Source of the DNA: Tubiluchus corallicola
Lineage: Eukaryota; Animalia; Priapulida
NCBI GenBank assembly: GCA_030141605.1
Contig: JAQGDQ010000245.1
Span: 124,001 to 188,000 of the forward strand
Length of the DNA stretch: 64,000 bases
Direction of reading: 5' to 3'
The position numbers were made by a program, and so were the translations under genes. The notes under the pieces are model-generated. The model ran no database searches and was not told the DNA's origin. It saw only the letters and a program-made list of their open reading frames with translations. Shown here piece by piece: positions 49,901-64,000 of the stretch (position 1 is its first letter; each line of letters begins with the position of its first letter).

Positions 49901-52900
49901 ACCTTGTAAAACGGTAGTTTCTTTATCAATAAATCCAAAAGATGTCAATGAGGGTGTGGCAGCTAACGGATTACGAGATGGAATGGTATGGTTGTAATTT
50001 ATTTTCCTTTTTATTAAATTAACTGCTTTTTTAAAACAGTAAAACAGAGCAGTAAATACTAAAAACAAGGGGTAATTTATTTTCTTTTTTATCAAGTTAA
50101 CAGTTTTATTAAAGCACTAAAAGCTAGAGGCTTCCAGATGTTTAGACTGCAAACAGCTGGCATTCGACACCATTGGATTGTTTTGTGTTACAAGCCATTG
50201 TGGTTTATACAAGTTTAATTGCTTCTTTTATAGTTAGTAAATTACTACTGGGCACTTAATGCTTTTACAGAATTAAATCTTGAGTAAATTATTATCAGAT
50301 TATATCCTTGCATCAAATTGAAGCTTTTTTAAGAGACATCAAATCATTCGTTTAGATTTTTATTAATTCTGGTTGCTTGTTATATTTGTGTAGTTGTTGT
50401 ATATTATAATTTGTCTCATTGCTATTTTTAAGGTCTTAACAGCAAGTGTGTCTAGCATGGAAGACCATGGATACGTTATGGACATCGGTATTAAATCTGT
50501 TCAAGCATTTCTGTTGAAGCACTCAGTAGCTAGCTATCTTGAAGAGTACAATCAAGGTATGACAAATAGCCAAAAACTTTTTAATCATTCATCTGATCTA
50601 TAATCTCAATATAATTATTATTTCAGAAATGTTTTTCATACTGAGTGCCTGCTAATTTTTTCTTTATCACTCGAGCTCTGACATGAATACAGAGATAAAC
50701 AAATTAATCAGCAGTTTTGCTCAGTCCAGTTATATATCACTTCTTGCTTGTGATCTTAATACATAATCGTCCGGCCCTGCTTTGAATTGGAACAATGAAC
50801 ATGTGTCTGTATTAGGTAAGCAGCATGTGTGTCAGTGTGTGAAGGACAAGAAAATTGTAAATGTGTTAAATATTTGCACATGTCAGTGATGGATCTAGAC
50901 AGATAAAAAATAATAATTGCTTAACATGGGTAATCCTTTACTACTCTAGAGTATCATTTGTAAATGGTTCAGATTATGACAGACCGCCTTAGTATGACAT
51001 GTTATATGCACAAATTATGACATCGGTCACTGGTCTGTGACGGATAATTGTGTCCTAGCTTTGAGTTTGAGTTGAATCTTGTGATGAACCATCAGTACCT
51101 TTGCAACTTACTGCCTTGGTGTTTTGTAGATAAAGCAAATTTTGTTGGCTTCATTTACTTAGTGACAGCTTGCAAATCTACAACTGGCTGCTTTATACAT
51201 AACTCTACTCCCATACAACTGAGTTGCATTAATCGAGTGACAATCAACTTTTTTAAATCATTCATACAAATTACCATTAACTGCACATCTCTATGCTTTA
51301 TGTTCTCATAACTATAATCTTAAGCCTACCATCAGAATGGTGCTAATTGTGAGAAAACTACATGCAATAAAACTTTTTTATGTAACTGTCTGCACTGCAG
51401 TTCCTTTTCCTTGATATAACCAATTGATCAATAATTTTTCGTAGTTTTGCTTTTCACATTTAGCTGTTGAATTTTCATTCTACACTTATAATACAATGTA
51501 GAAAATGAACTTAAATTTACAAGCTTTATTTTTACAATTAAATAGAACCCCACATTGCACAGAACACAGAAGACAATTAATGAAGTGCACTGTGTTCGTT
51601 ACAGGGCAACCTTTAGCTGTGGGTCAGCATTTAACCTGTGTTGTTCAAATGCCACATATTTCTGATCAACAAACTACATTAAGATCTGTACATTTGACAG
51701 TGAACTGGAAGCAACCTCATAAAAATGTGGTAAGTCTCATCCATTCTTAATTTCATCATAGATGACCTTTGTTAACTTTGTGCTTTTATAGTAATTGCCA
51801 AAAATAAATGCAAATACTAGATAAATAAATATAAAACTTTGTATTAAATAATTTGTACAACTATAGCTTGTAGCTGAAAATTTAAATATTATACGAACTG
51901 GCAAATTTTGTATCTATCAAAGGGAAGAACATTTAGAAAAAATAGTGATTTGTAAGATGCTTTATGATGTACTGTACCTTTTCTGCTTTGAGAAGATTCC
52001 TTCTCAATAAACTATTTATAGTATAGCAATTTCAGCTTTAAACTAATTTAAGTGATCCAAGAGATTGTTATGACCTGGTATTGAAGAAAGCACTATTAGC
52101 AGTTTAATACATTCTTATGTTTTCATAATAATGAGTGTTTCTTGTTCATTTTAGATAAAGTCTTCTGTGAATTTACCACTTCATGCATTAATTCCTGGAA
52201 TGCTTGTTGAGACAGTCGTTATGCAGGTAATTCATTAGATATGAAATAACTAGGGTTGCGTGATATTTTGCGATGCATTTTTCTGTATGGGTTCATAGTA
52301 CAGTACACATAGTTCCTTAGTGACATACTATGAGCTCATAAAGCATGTATTTATATTTATGTGTAGTCTAGAAGTGTGCCAACCAACTAATCGATTTAAT
52401 TGATTATAATCTATTTGGGCTGTTATTTTTTATCATCAATTATTTTTTCAGCTATCCACACACATCAATTGTGTTACCAATGCTGTTTGTACTTATTTAG
52501 AAAACCACAGAATTTGCAAGATAAATATGTCATAACTGCAGTGAAACCAAGCAATTGGGTACATGGCACCAGCTTTATATAGTAATTTATGGCCCTGGTG
52601 GTGCTGCTTAGATGCAAAAATGATTTCATAAGATCATGAAGCATGAGCACTTGGTTTTATGTTATCATCGCTTGACATCACCAAGGCTGTCTGCAAACTG
52701 TCTTGAAGTGTATACACAAACAAAAAAGTTAGCAGTGTAGATCTTTCCTTGTCTATACTTCTCTTTTTTTCTTAGTGCCTAGCTCTGTTTTGCTTCCCCT
52801 CTTCTGCGGGTCTGACACGTTTTCACCTCAAGCAATTTCGAAATTGCTAATTTTGTATGCATGAAAGCCCATTATAATCGATTATCAAATCGATTTTGCA

Positions 52901-55900
52901 TGCAATTAATCAATTTTGAAAATGAAACCGATGTCCCTCATGTAATATGTACACCCCACAAAAGCAAAACTAACAACTTGCTGATTAGCTGCTGTCAAGA
53001 TAGATGATCTTGAATGGATCATGTTCAGTGTTACTGTAATTAATACTGGAAATTTAGGAAATGCTTTTTATTTAGTCTGGTCAGAGTCAGTATACTTTTA
53101 TTAAGTCAGTTGCACATCCCCTTAGTATAAAAAGATAAGATTTTAGTGCTTTTTGTCTAAGAAGTTTGCTGCTCAGTGGCAGGTGCAATACCCACCCTGT
53201 TCAAAAGTGCAAGTTATTTACTTAGTGCTGATTTAAGTGATTTTTGGTGATGTACCATAAAAATAGATTATTACATAGAATGCGGCAGTTGTGTACTATA
53301 CTTTAATGTCGCTTTGTTTAATATTCTACCAGTACATCTACTAATACCTTACAAATTGGAAAAAAGTTATAAGCATTAGAATCAAGCAACACTAGCCACA
53401 AGCAGTATTTTGATTAATGTGATGTACTTTGGGGAATGAATTTTTTAAATCACTAACTTTGTTGTGTCCCTTTAATGTGTTGTAATTTTGCTGTGCATGT
53501 CGCTAATAATACCAATATACATGTATGTCAATTTGGGACTTAGAACATGAACTAGTTCCTTTTCCTGTAAAATAACTTGGAATTAGAACTCGTTCCTTGT
53601 TTAAATTGAACTAGTTCCGTTTTCTTGTTCAAGAATTTGCAGGTGTAACTATTTGATGACCTGTCAGAACAGAATGTCTTGTAGGTAGGCATTCTATAAA
53701 ATAATTCAATTATGTTGGAAGTAGCTCATATAGTTCTGAAATTAATTATGATTACACCATTTTTATAATTAAAGATTTACTGGAAACCGGTGCAGTAAAA
53801 TGCACACAAAGTGAACTATCCTAAGGAAATTTTTGAAATTGGAGAAAAACTGGCTTTGAGCTTCTGTATGCAATAAAGCTTAAATAATTAAATTTATATC
53901 ATTATGATATAAATAATCTTTTGCTAAATTTGTGAAACTGACACATCAGTGGTTTTTAAGAGATAAACTAGTTTTAATTTTTAAAGTTACAATGTTCTAA
54001 AATTCAAGTAACTTACTAATAGCTTTTACTATTATAGTGGCAATCAACTATGTGAAATAAAACAATTAAATAAAACTATTTAAAACAGGCTTAAGATATT
54101 TCTGCACTTCATCTAAGAATCATGGTTGTAGCTAGAGTTTGCAACATCCGTAACTTGAGTTTGTCATCTCCCCAAAAAATGTGTGCAGACAACCTGCAAA
54201 AAATATTAATGTTCTGATGTTGCTTATTGGTGCTTTGATAATTTAGAGACATTATACGCTGTAGAAAATATGTCTGCCTTTTATAGTAAGTACGCATACA
54301 GTTACCAATTACCTGACAGTAAATACACTATTTGGAATGTTCGCGTATTATTGATTAAAATTTATTTGTCCTATTCATCTGCCTTGATGAGGGTTTTTAC
54401 CAAGGTTGTTGATTAAACTGAAATTCTAATAGTTCCAGTTTAATGTTGATTTCTGGCAAGTTCTTAAAAGGCAGACTAAGTGCTCGTTTATACTTTTATA
54501 CTGTGTGAACATACCTAATTCTGGTTAATAAAATCTGTGAGATTGTTTGGTAATGCTTTTTGTTTTGATTCCCTTTTCAGGTTGTTTGGCAACACTTCTT
54601 GCTTTTATTCTCTTTTTTCAGGTTTAGTAACACTTCTTGCTTTGATTATGTTTTTCAGGTTGTTTGGTAACACTTCTAGCTTTGATTCTCTTTTTTAGGT
54701 TATGGAAATGGGCCTTTTGGTGAAGTTTCTTACTTATGAAGGTTTCATACACAAGTCACAGCTGAATCAAATATGTGCTGGCACACATTCATACCATGAG
54801 TTTGACAAGGTTTGGTTTTTTTATCAATTAATTTTGTAAATTTTGGGATTTAGATAATTGGCATTCATCTCAACTTTCTTTCACCTTTCTTCTACAGAAG
54901 ATTTTCAGTGGTGATCATGTTTTATGAATTATAACTGCTTATTATCAATGGCTTGTTGCTTGATTTTTGCAGTTGTCACAAAAACAGTGATGACTCAAAA
55001 AATATTTAATTTGCTAAATCAAAGACAGGAATTTTTTAAAGTAAGATGATACTTCTCGTTTTTTGTAGTTGAATGCCTGTGTTTTACATGTCCATCCTGT
55101 GACCAAGACTGTGGCTTTGTCGCTCAATTCTCATCTGTTTAACCCATTCAAATGCCTGACTGCTGCATCTCTTTTTCTGACATGTGAAATTGGACAACGC
55201 ATCAAGAAGGCAGAGATTATTCAGCGACTTCCAAGGCGTGGTTTGTATTTGAAGTTGGACGATGCACCTACTTATGGATTTGCAAGTGTTAGTATCTTTT
55301 CCTATTGGATTGGGATAAAGTGTTTCAAAAGGTGTACTTTATTCATTAAAGATGGCTGATGATACTGAAGATTGCAGGAATGGTTTGTAAATTCAGAATC
55401 CTGCAAGCCAGAGTCTAGCATTCAACGTCAGATCTTATTCTGGATTGTGGCGAGACCGAGACCTGATTCATGGTCAAGGCTGTGCTTCTAAAATGAGACA
55501 CTGAACTGCCCAAGGTATCTCAGCCATATTTGGATGTATGTACATTCTCCTCCTTTGAGGTAAACAGTCCAAATCAGCACTTCAAATGAAGCTGCCCAGA
55601 GTGAGAATCGGTTCACCTATCCACTCACTAACCAGCCTTGACATCACCTTAACTGTAGTAGTCAATGCACTGTTGGTACCACTGGGCTCACTTTAAAAGT
55701 GTTACAGTGGAGTAGTTCAACATTTATGAAGTTTGGGATTGCAGCAAGGTGACATTATTGCATTGTTTAAATTTCATTGCAAAGTATTCGGTAACGAAAT
55801 AGGCTAACCCAATTTTTTACACAGCCTGTATTTATGATTGGTTGTAATTACTTGAAAGTTTTTACAAGGAAAAACCATTTAAATCAGTTTATTTTTTCAT

Positions 55901-58900
55901 AGTTGAGTAATACGTGTCAAGATAATTCGAGAATCATTCCACCTGAACTGAAGGTTGGGTCACAGTGCGTGTGCCGCATCCTTGATTGTGATTACATGGA
56001 TCGTGTTCTAGTTGTTACAACTAAAAGGTTTTTGCTATTTGTTGTTATTTTATGTTTTATAGTTAAAGTGTAGATTGATATGGTAAGACAAAATGCCTAT
56101 GATTTATGTTTTTTCACAGGTGATACTTTTATTGCTAATCGCCTAATTGTGCCTTCGTTCATGTTTTTTTTTGGAAACTCCCGGGTCTTTGTAGACACGC
56201 ATTTCTAAACGAAAGCATGCTGTGATAAAAATATTCACTTTCTAGTTGAGGTAATTCAGCATCACCCAATCATATATTATGATGAGATGATGGTTTTATC
56301 CTTCCTGCTTATGAATTTTTTAGCTGCATCAAAAACATTGCTTTTTTTACTTTCTAGTTTTAGTTTTGAGAGAACATTTGTTGTTACAGGAGTATCATTG
56401 ATCAGCAGTTTCTCACTTATGAGGATGTCAAAATTGGTTCAGTTACTAAGGTAATGTTTGATTTTCATCACCTTTTTATATACTGTCATTTTAAAGTATG
56501 AAATCTAATGGGTATCAAATCCTGTGGCATTATCAGTGGCGTAGCTAATGGGAGAACAAGGGAAGCACCCACCTCCTTGAGTACATTTTTCAAAATTGGT
56601 GCTCTTTTACTTGAAATAAGCATGCATTTACGCAACTCATTTGTCAAGATTGACTGACTGAACCAAGGACCAAATTGCCTTGAGTCTAATTATTATAATA
56701 TATTCTTGTCACGCGCTGATAACGTGGTATAGACAAATATATAATTGCTTCATATGTCCTGGCGCCTTTTTACGGGCGTGCCTCCCCCTTAACTTTAGAA
56801 CCTGGCTATGCCCCGGGGCATTATTGTTGCAGAATGTCAGTTTGCAATTTTGTGATTTCAGTTGTAAGCATTTGCATATTTTGACGAGTATGAGTTACTT
56901 CTAAAATTACGTGCAAATCACATATTAATCTGATTTTTTGTGTATTGGCTATTTTCTGCTTTATACTTAACAGCCTCCTGTGTAGTTTAAACACTATAAG
57001 ATGTAAAAACTTTATTTCACTCGTAATTGTACTTTACAAGCAGATAGACAATGGAGAATGAAATTAAATATTTAACAGTGTGAGATAAGGGACGACCATA
57101 TGGTATTTGATTCCCTTGAGCTCCTCCGCCTAAATTAATCAAAATATCTAGTTGTAATCAGAGATTGTAAACCACTAATAAAGTTATTTGTCTGGAACAA
57201 TATATCTCGCTATTTTTTAAATTGTAGTTATCTTCATATTTTCACTGCTACTCGCAGTAATTTAAATTTAGGTTAATATGAAAGCCTATATTACAGACAG
57301 GTAAGAATTATAATAACTTTGTAAAACATGGAACTTTTGAATTACCGTAGTATTTAAAGTAAAAGAGAAAAAATTATATTGATGTCATTTGATATCTGAT
57401 TGATATCTCTGTCAAATTGATATCTGCAATTTGGAAATGTGAAAAACAACTATTATGCATGGACAATTATCTTGAACAATTTTACAAAACTTCTTAAATG
57501 TTGCCATTTGTTTTGAAATCTATAGATTCATTTTGGTTGTTAAATCTGCATAGCTATGCCTGCATTTACTGTTGCCTTAACTAACTGCCATTGTAATTAC
57601 AGTGTATTATAAAGGCTTTCCATCCTGGAGGTATGGCTGTATCATGCAGTGGTAAACTTCGTGGGTTTGTGCCAAATATCCATATAAGTGATTTTGTTCT
57701 GTCGCATCCAGAGAAGAAATTTCACAAAGAAGAAATGGTCAAATGTAGGGTATGTTTTTGTTATAGAAAGAATTAAAAATGTTTTAGTTTTTTGTGTTTT
57801 ATGTAATGCCAGCAGCTGTTAGGCATAATTATCACACTGGTTGTAGATTACTTGAACAAATAAAGCAATTAAATGATGCTTAGTGCGCACTGCAAAATAA
57901 TTATGTTTTTACTTGTTTTGGTTTAGTTTTGCTGTGCAGGGATTTATGACGTATTTTTATTCAAATTAGTCTAATTTGTCTGTACAGCTTTTCTGGAAAA
58001 AAGAGTGTTTTTGTACTTAACATGATAAATTAGTTTCCAACCTGTGCAATAGAATTACTCTTGCTGAGTTTACTTAATTAATGAGATATGCCAAAAACAA
58101 GGCTTGTCTGATTCTGAAAGTGGACAATGCTGAGTGAGTTTAAAAGTATTATTACTAATAGCAGTTTTTGTCTGTAAATAGACTTGTCCTACACTAATCT
58201 CATTTTATAAAATTGGCCCATTTCTTGTATTAGAACTATTTGATTTGCTACATTGAGACAGAGGAGACAAATAAATGAATTGAATTGAATTTAATGGGAA
58301 AACAACTTACAGTCGTCACACTAATAAGTTAGTTCTCCACGACTTCCAAATAGTTCTCACATTTTTCACTATAATTTTTTTACTTTAGGTAATATCATGT
58401 GAGCCGCAGAAAGCTCGGATCATACTTTCGTGCAAAAAGTCTATTGTCAACACCGACTTACCTGTAATTTGCTCATATGAAGATGCTAAGACAGGTGTAG
58501 TCTCTGAAGGTGTTATAGTACAGATTCAGCAGAATGGTTTGTTGGTCACTTTCTGTGGTGATGTCAAGGTATGCCATTAATTAATTCTTACAATTTTAAT
58601 GTCAAGTTTATTGTTATACGCTCACAGTTAATTAAGTCTTCGCACCTTACTCGAAAAGTAGGAAATATGAAAATGTTGTAATGCAGCCTGGATTTCTGCT
58701 TATATTGCAAACACCTTGGGCCACTAAGCTATTCGCATTTTTCCTAGCTAAGGCAGCCCAATGTTCATCCCCTGTAATGTGAGCAATCTAACATTGGAAA
58801 TGCTGAATTTGTTTGGTTATTTATAAGTGTTTAGCTTTGGATTGCCATGATCACTGAGGAATGCAGCAGCCTCATGGTCTGAGTCACCGGCAGTATAAGC

Positions 58901-61676
58901 AGAAGGTTCCTATTTCAAATCCATGCTGTATTCTAACTTTTTTTATGTTTCCTAACTTTCAAATTTGGTATGTAGAGTATAGTTAAATATATATATGTAT
59001 ATATACGAAATCACTGACAATTAATCATCATAATGCTAAACTTGTGAAAGCTGTAAAGCCTAACTAGTCAAATGAAAAACATTATTGCTGACAAAGAGCT
59101 GAGAACCACATAATGTTGATACTACTTCAACACTTGGCGAAAAACAACGATTATTGCATATTTTGTGGTGGAACCCCATGCATAGAATATCAATAGCATT
59201 AATAACATACACTTGGGGATTGGGGATACAGTTTTTGGGAATTGAAGGTGTGTAATGCTTGTAATTGAGATGCAGAAATGTAATGTAAGAAAGAGATAAC
59301 TATTTTAAAATTTGTTTTTCCATTGTATATTTTAATTTGTAAATTTGGACGGTAATTGTTCCTTGTTAAGGTGCTCTTTCATTGAGCATGCTTATAAAAA
59401 AGGATTATTGCATTTTTCGAGAATATTTATTTGGACAAAATGTTAGCTTAAAAGTTTTAGAGTAATTTGCACGAAAACTTTTTCTCATTTTGCTATACAA
59501 TGGACACTCGGCAAAGTGAATGATGTGCGTTTGGCATATTTGTGGAGAATTGTAACATAACATTTTCTTTTACTTTTTATTAATATTTAGGGTTGGGTTC
59601 CCAGGTCCGAAATGGGCTACACTGAAGTACGTTATCCGGAGAAAGTGTTTACCATTGGGCAAGTTGTCAAGTGTCGAATCACTAACTGCAAGTTGCAGGA
59701 AAAACGGTTGTTTTTGACGTTGAAACTTGCCGCTGACGATTCAACCAGAATCACGAAAAGTGTTGTGCCCGACGATTTTGAAATTGGAAAGGTAAATAGG
59801 ATAAATCGTGATGTATTTTTTGTTTTGTCTGTGAATGTTTATTAATGGAGTAATTGATTGCTATAGTTTGCTAGTTGAGTAATCAATTTGGGAAACCATG
59901 TGTTAGTCTTGATAATAAAGTTTTAAGCTATTAATTACTGTCATAAAGTGTGTTTGGAAGAGCAATACTTGATACAAAAAATACTTTGACTTTTTTGTTC
60001 CTAAACAGCTCGTCGATGTTGAAGTTTTGTCGAAAACAGAAACCGGATTGAATGTGAAACTGATTCCATCCAACTTGTCTGCTTTTCTTCCCATAGTACA
60101 TCTTTCTGATCACCTGGAGAATTGTCAACTGTTGGCAGAATGTTATACACCTGCTGATGTGATCAGTGATTGTGTTTATGTTGATAACACAACATTAGTT
60201 GTATCCTTTTATCGAAAAAAGATGTAATTAGTACTAAGCATTAAAACAGTGTCTTCGAAGTAAAAACATTTCGCATTTCCCATCGTTAATTTCCTTACTT
60301 ATTCTTTTGTGCATAAAACTGTTTAAAGTTAGCTCTAGAACTGCGAAGTGTCTGCTGTTTTAACTACAATATTACAAATTTGACAACGGCGTTAAACAAC
60401 CGTGCTAGCTTCATTGTATATGGGTAGAATAGTCATTAGGTTGCTATAGTTGCCATCATAACACTCCATTAGCATTGTTAACATTAGCTACTAATGATAT
60501 TAAAAATAATCAACTGCTGTTTTCGTTTATTTAATAATGTGGCAGAATGAATGCTGAAAACTGTATGTGATTTTCCTTAATATTAGTGATAAGGTCGTTA
60601 GCAAGAAGAAACTTTATGTAACAGCTCAGGAAACTGGACGTCTTATTAGCCGTTTTGAAGACGTACAGGTAAAATCTCATACAGCCTTTTCCCTAATTAG
60701 ACTTTAGGCTGGTGTTTAGAGCATGTTTCTGCTATTTAAATTGGTTTTGCTTTTTACCATAACTTTTTTAAGGTAAGCTAAAAGTGGATGAGCTCTGAAT
60801 TAAAATTAGTGTATGGTTCAGGCATTATATAGGATACAGAGAAGTGTTGTCAGGTGATGCAACTTACGTGTATTGTTACAACTAATCAGGCATCAGGCAC
60901 ATAATTTGCTGCAGTAAAATTCTTGCTAATAGCCTAAGTAAACACTTTATTGAAACATTTTGAAAATACCCCTTCTGCATGTTATAGGTTGGTATCAAGG
61001 TTGTGGGAACAGTCAAAAAGTTGATGCCTTATGGCATTTTCGTGGAATTGTTTTGTTCACTTGTCGGTTTAGTGCCAAAAAACGTAAGTTTTTTTAAGTA
61101 TATTAATTTGTCTTTTTATAGTTTTGGGATTTAATACGTTGAACTGATTACTGTACATATTAAGATAAAATCATTCATTCAGCAAATCAAATGTTGTTGG
61201 GTTGCATTTGGAGTGAACCCTACAGTCGTTTGCTTATCGAAACTCAGTTACTACGTTAAGCCTCTTACTGCTACAGATCTCTTAGGACTGCTCCTCGTTG
61301 GTTCCTAAATGGCAATAGTTTGATCGCAGTACATGCTTTTCTGCTGCTTCTCAGCTAGGCTGAGCTGAGTGTTCCTAGATGCAGAACAAGTGATTATAAA
61401 TCAAGTTTTTTCCTCGGGCTTCTTATCTGTACAATTCTTAACTAAAAATTTGTTGAAAACTACAACCTGACTCAATTCAAGAAAAATATCGGCAGACATC
61501 TTCTATTGCTTGCATTATATTCTATTTTATATGAATTTTATTTTCTAGATATGTAGTTATATATTCATCTTCTTATTTTGCCTTGCTTGCAGTGATTTAT
61601 ATAATATATATAATATCTGTACAATAGTATCTGTATAATATCAACAAATTTAGATTATACTGGCAACATGTAGTCT

Positions 61677-61707
<31 letters not shown>

Positions 61708-64000
61708 ATCTAAAATTGTTGATGCTATAAACTTAAAATATTCACAGCAAATGTAAAAACGTTGTTTTTAGATGATGGCAAACACTCGTCTTTCTGAAGA
61801 TGTGACGCCTTTCCATGTTGGACAGTCTGTGGTTGCCGTAGTAACGGATGTTGATGTAGAGAGAAAGCGCTTTCTCATGAGTTTACGTGCTAAAGATGTT
61901 TACAGCTGTGAAAAAGTAACTGGTTTAGATCTCTTGGAGGATTATTTACAACAATGGGATTTTATTGTGAGCAATTACCAGCAGGGCGGTTAGTATGTTC
62001 ATTTAAAAAAGTGGAACTGTTTGTCGTTATTGTGACGTGGAAGTGTTTCATTTGAATTGTAGCAGGCTATGATCTGATAGTTAAAACTTGATTCGATTTT
62101 GTTTCATAAAATAGCTATAATCACTTTCATTTTGTTGGAGTTGACTTGATTTGTTTTTTCCATTCTAACTTTTAAACCTCATTCTGCCTTGATTTAGTAA
62201 CATAGGTCTGTTACTCTAAAGAGTGTATTTCTTTCAATAAGAAGCATTGATTTTGAATAATTTGCCGGGAATAATTTGGAACAATTTTTGAATACGTTTA
62301 GGGTAAGGCTATGAAAATTTGTCGGCCTAAGAATTATTTTTAAGTATCCTGCATTTTTTGCATTTTACCTATTTCAAACTTTTTGAAAAAAAGAACAGTG
62401 TAGGTATCTTATCGTTCAGATTTTACGTACAAAACAATCTGTTTTATTTTATTAATTTTTAATATTGTTGTGACCGCAACATAAGTTCTGCCATTAGTTA
62501 CAATTAAGTAAATTACAACTATGATTTATAGGCCGAAATTTCCTGCGACGTATAAAAGAGTAAAAGATTAATAATGCCTGAGGTTTACAAAGGCTTTATC
62601 AGGCTGAATATGCAGGGTTAAATATATCCAGTATCACATCGTAAAATATGATACATTTTAACCCCATTTGCAAAGCTGTTTTTCACAATGTTGCTGAACA
62701 TGCAATACACTTATCGCATACATTAAAAGGCTAATGTGGAATTCATGCCCTGAATTTGCTTTATTTTCTAGAGAAATGAATTTCACAGCGATTCTTAGTT
62801 TAGTGGCTTTTGAACACATATTGTGTTCGATATAAACATCTTAGCTCATCTACTTCAAATGGCATGTTATCCGATTGGCTCAGTTTAATTACATGGGTCA
62901 AGAATTTTAATGTCAGTATTAAAAGTGAAGATTTGTCATGGAAATGAACCTAAATACATTAGACTACCATGAAACTTGAAACTGTATAGTTGCATGAAAT
63001 TATTAGATCCAGTGGAAATTGATGCATCTAATTACCCAAACACATGAATAAAAAGGTAAATTGAAATTTAGATCCCCTGAAAGTTATTGCTATACAACTT
63101 GTATAAACTATCGTGCAGCAACTACTGCTACATGAAATGTGTGAGTTTGTTTTGTTTAAGCATTTAAACTTCTGCTTTTATTACAGACATACTAAAACAG
63201 CTTGCTGCTTTAAAAATTGGTCAGGTGCTTGATGTCACGGTTGCAGGTCTGCTGTCACATGGAGTCAAATGTTTTCTTGATGAGAACATTTCTGGTCTTG
63301 CTTCAATGATGCATGTTGAGGGTATCCAGACTTATTATTTTATGCTTGTACAGCATCTTTGATAAGCATGTAATGGTGGTGTCATATGAGCTAGCATTCG
63401 AGCTTTTTTTGTTTAGCTTTACATACAATGAGCTCAGTCAGATATTAAGCTTAATAAATTAATTTTTTTAAATAGCTGCATAGGAATTTAGTCATAACTT
63501 ATTTTCTAAAATTCATTGAAAGCCTTTACAGTGCATATATCAGTGATGATTCATACTTCTATACTAATAATACTACTTCTGTCCATTAATAGATTTAGTC
63601 GGTTAATTGTGTCAAAACGCTTCTGCCCCAAAGTGAGTCTGTTAAGTGATGCCTACTGTAATTAGATATTTTATCATTCTACAGACTGCAGACATACTTG
63701 ACGGTTGCAGTTTCAGGTTGGAGTCCTAGGGCTTGAACATTAGGATGTGAATACCGTAAAATGTTTATTTCTATTTATGTGCTTAGACAAATATCATTTT
63801 TGTCTGCTTCTCATTTTTATATGAATAGCAATTCACACAGCATCACTAGTAGCAGATTCACTGACAGTTGCTGGTGGAGTTCTTTTTGTCCGTCATGAAA
63901 ACATTAACATTTAAATTTGTTTCATTCTTTCAGAAGGAAGACATTACAAGGATGGTGATATTGTGGAGGCTGTTGTGTTGTATGTGGATTTGGCAAATAA
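46948..64000 (+). CDS. PDCD11: Protein RRP5 homolog / PDCD11 (tandem S1 domains), 5' portion, runs off the window
   Basis: Exons 46948-47112 (MSYSTEGYFPRGG), 47658-47768, 48137-48307, 49824-49985, 50433-50556, 51605-51729, 52155-52226, 54699-54809, 55069-55287, 55903-56027, 56390-56450, 57603-57749, 58389-58568, 59591-59791, 60009-60200, 60594-60668, 60988-61083, 61772-61988, 63187-63321 and 63934 onward all splice in frame (about 918 codons). Evidence includes the FPRGG N-terminal motif and S1 repeats (GMLVLGCI..V.DYELVISLPGGITGFV, SMEDHGYVMDIG, VKKLMPYGIFVEL). Confidence 0.95.
54541..54698 (+). repeat. Four-copy ~40-bp tandem repeat, each unit ending in a polypyrimidine tract plus AG
   Basis: Units G(T/A)TGTTTGGTAACACTTCTTGCTTTGATTCTCTTTTTCAG end at 54580, 54621, 54658 and 54698. 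Confidence 0.9.
56534..56816. mobile_element. hAT MITE in a PDCD11 intron
   Basis: Ends CAGTGGCGTAGC / GCTATGCCCCGG. 8-bp TSD GGCATTAT at 56526-56533 and 56817-56824. Confidence 0.8.
60201..60593 (+). other. U12-type (minor spliceosome) GT-AG intron in PDCD11
   Basis: 5' splice site GTATCCTTTT at 60201. Branch site TTTTCCTTAAT at 60571-60581, about 13 nt before the AG, with no polypyrimidine tract. Flanking exons join in frame. Confidence 0.88.
63581..63658. mobile_element. Right-end fragment of the MITE family at 25184-25762
   Basis: AGTCGGTTAATTGTGTCAAAA...CCCCAAAGTGAGTCTGTTAAGTGATGCCTACTG+TA matches 25700-25762. Confidence 0.75.

Noticed and set aside
63322-63933. GTATCCAG donor as a second U12 intron in PDCD11
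   Set aside because: It deviates at +7/+8, and the acceptor has a normal pyrimidine tract with no TCCTTAAC branch site.

Overview
AT-rich, intron-rich eukaryotic DNA, most likely from an invertebrate animal; it is not prokaryotic, so most entries in the short-ORF track are noise. Reading exons by hand gives four + strand genes in head-to-tail order. These are the 3' part of SSU72 (3 exons, 7466-10607), a complete 14-exon DCAF17 (15500-31064, about 550 aa), an androglobin with only two coding exons (36799-42740, about 1497 aa) and the 5' part of PDCD11/RRP5 (46948 to beyond 64000, 20 exons seen). Introns and spacers hold hAT MITEs with intact 8-bp TSDs, Tigger/pogo derivatives, a Merlin/IS1595-like element, a Gypsy integrase fragment and tRNA-like SINE heads. 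The most notable result concerns the androglobin: it is nearly intronless and its permuted globin domain appears to have swapped heme ligands (distal Gln to His, proximal His to Tyr). Other points of interest are a tandem array of four splice acceptors in PDCD11 of which only the last is in frame, U12-type introns in PDCD11 and probably SSU72, a GC-AG intron in DCAF17, and a forward/inverted/forward triplication at 4.7-6.0 kb that may be an assembly artefact. Orthology calls rest on my recall of the human proteins; no database search was run.
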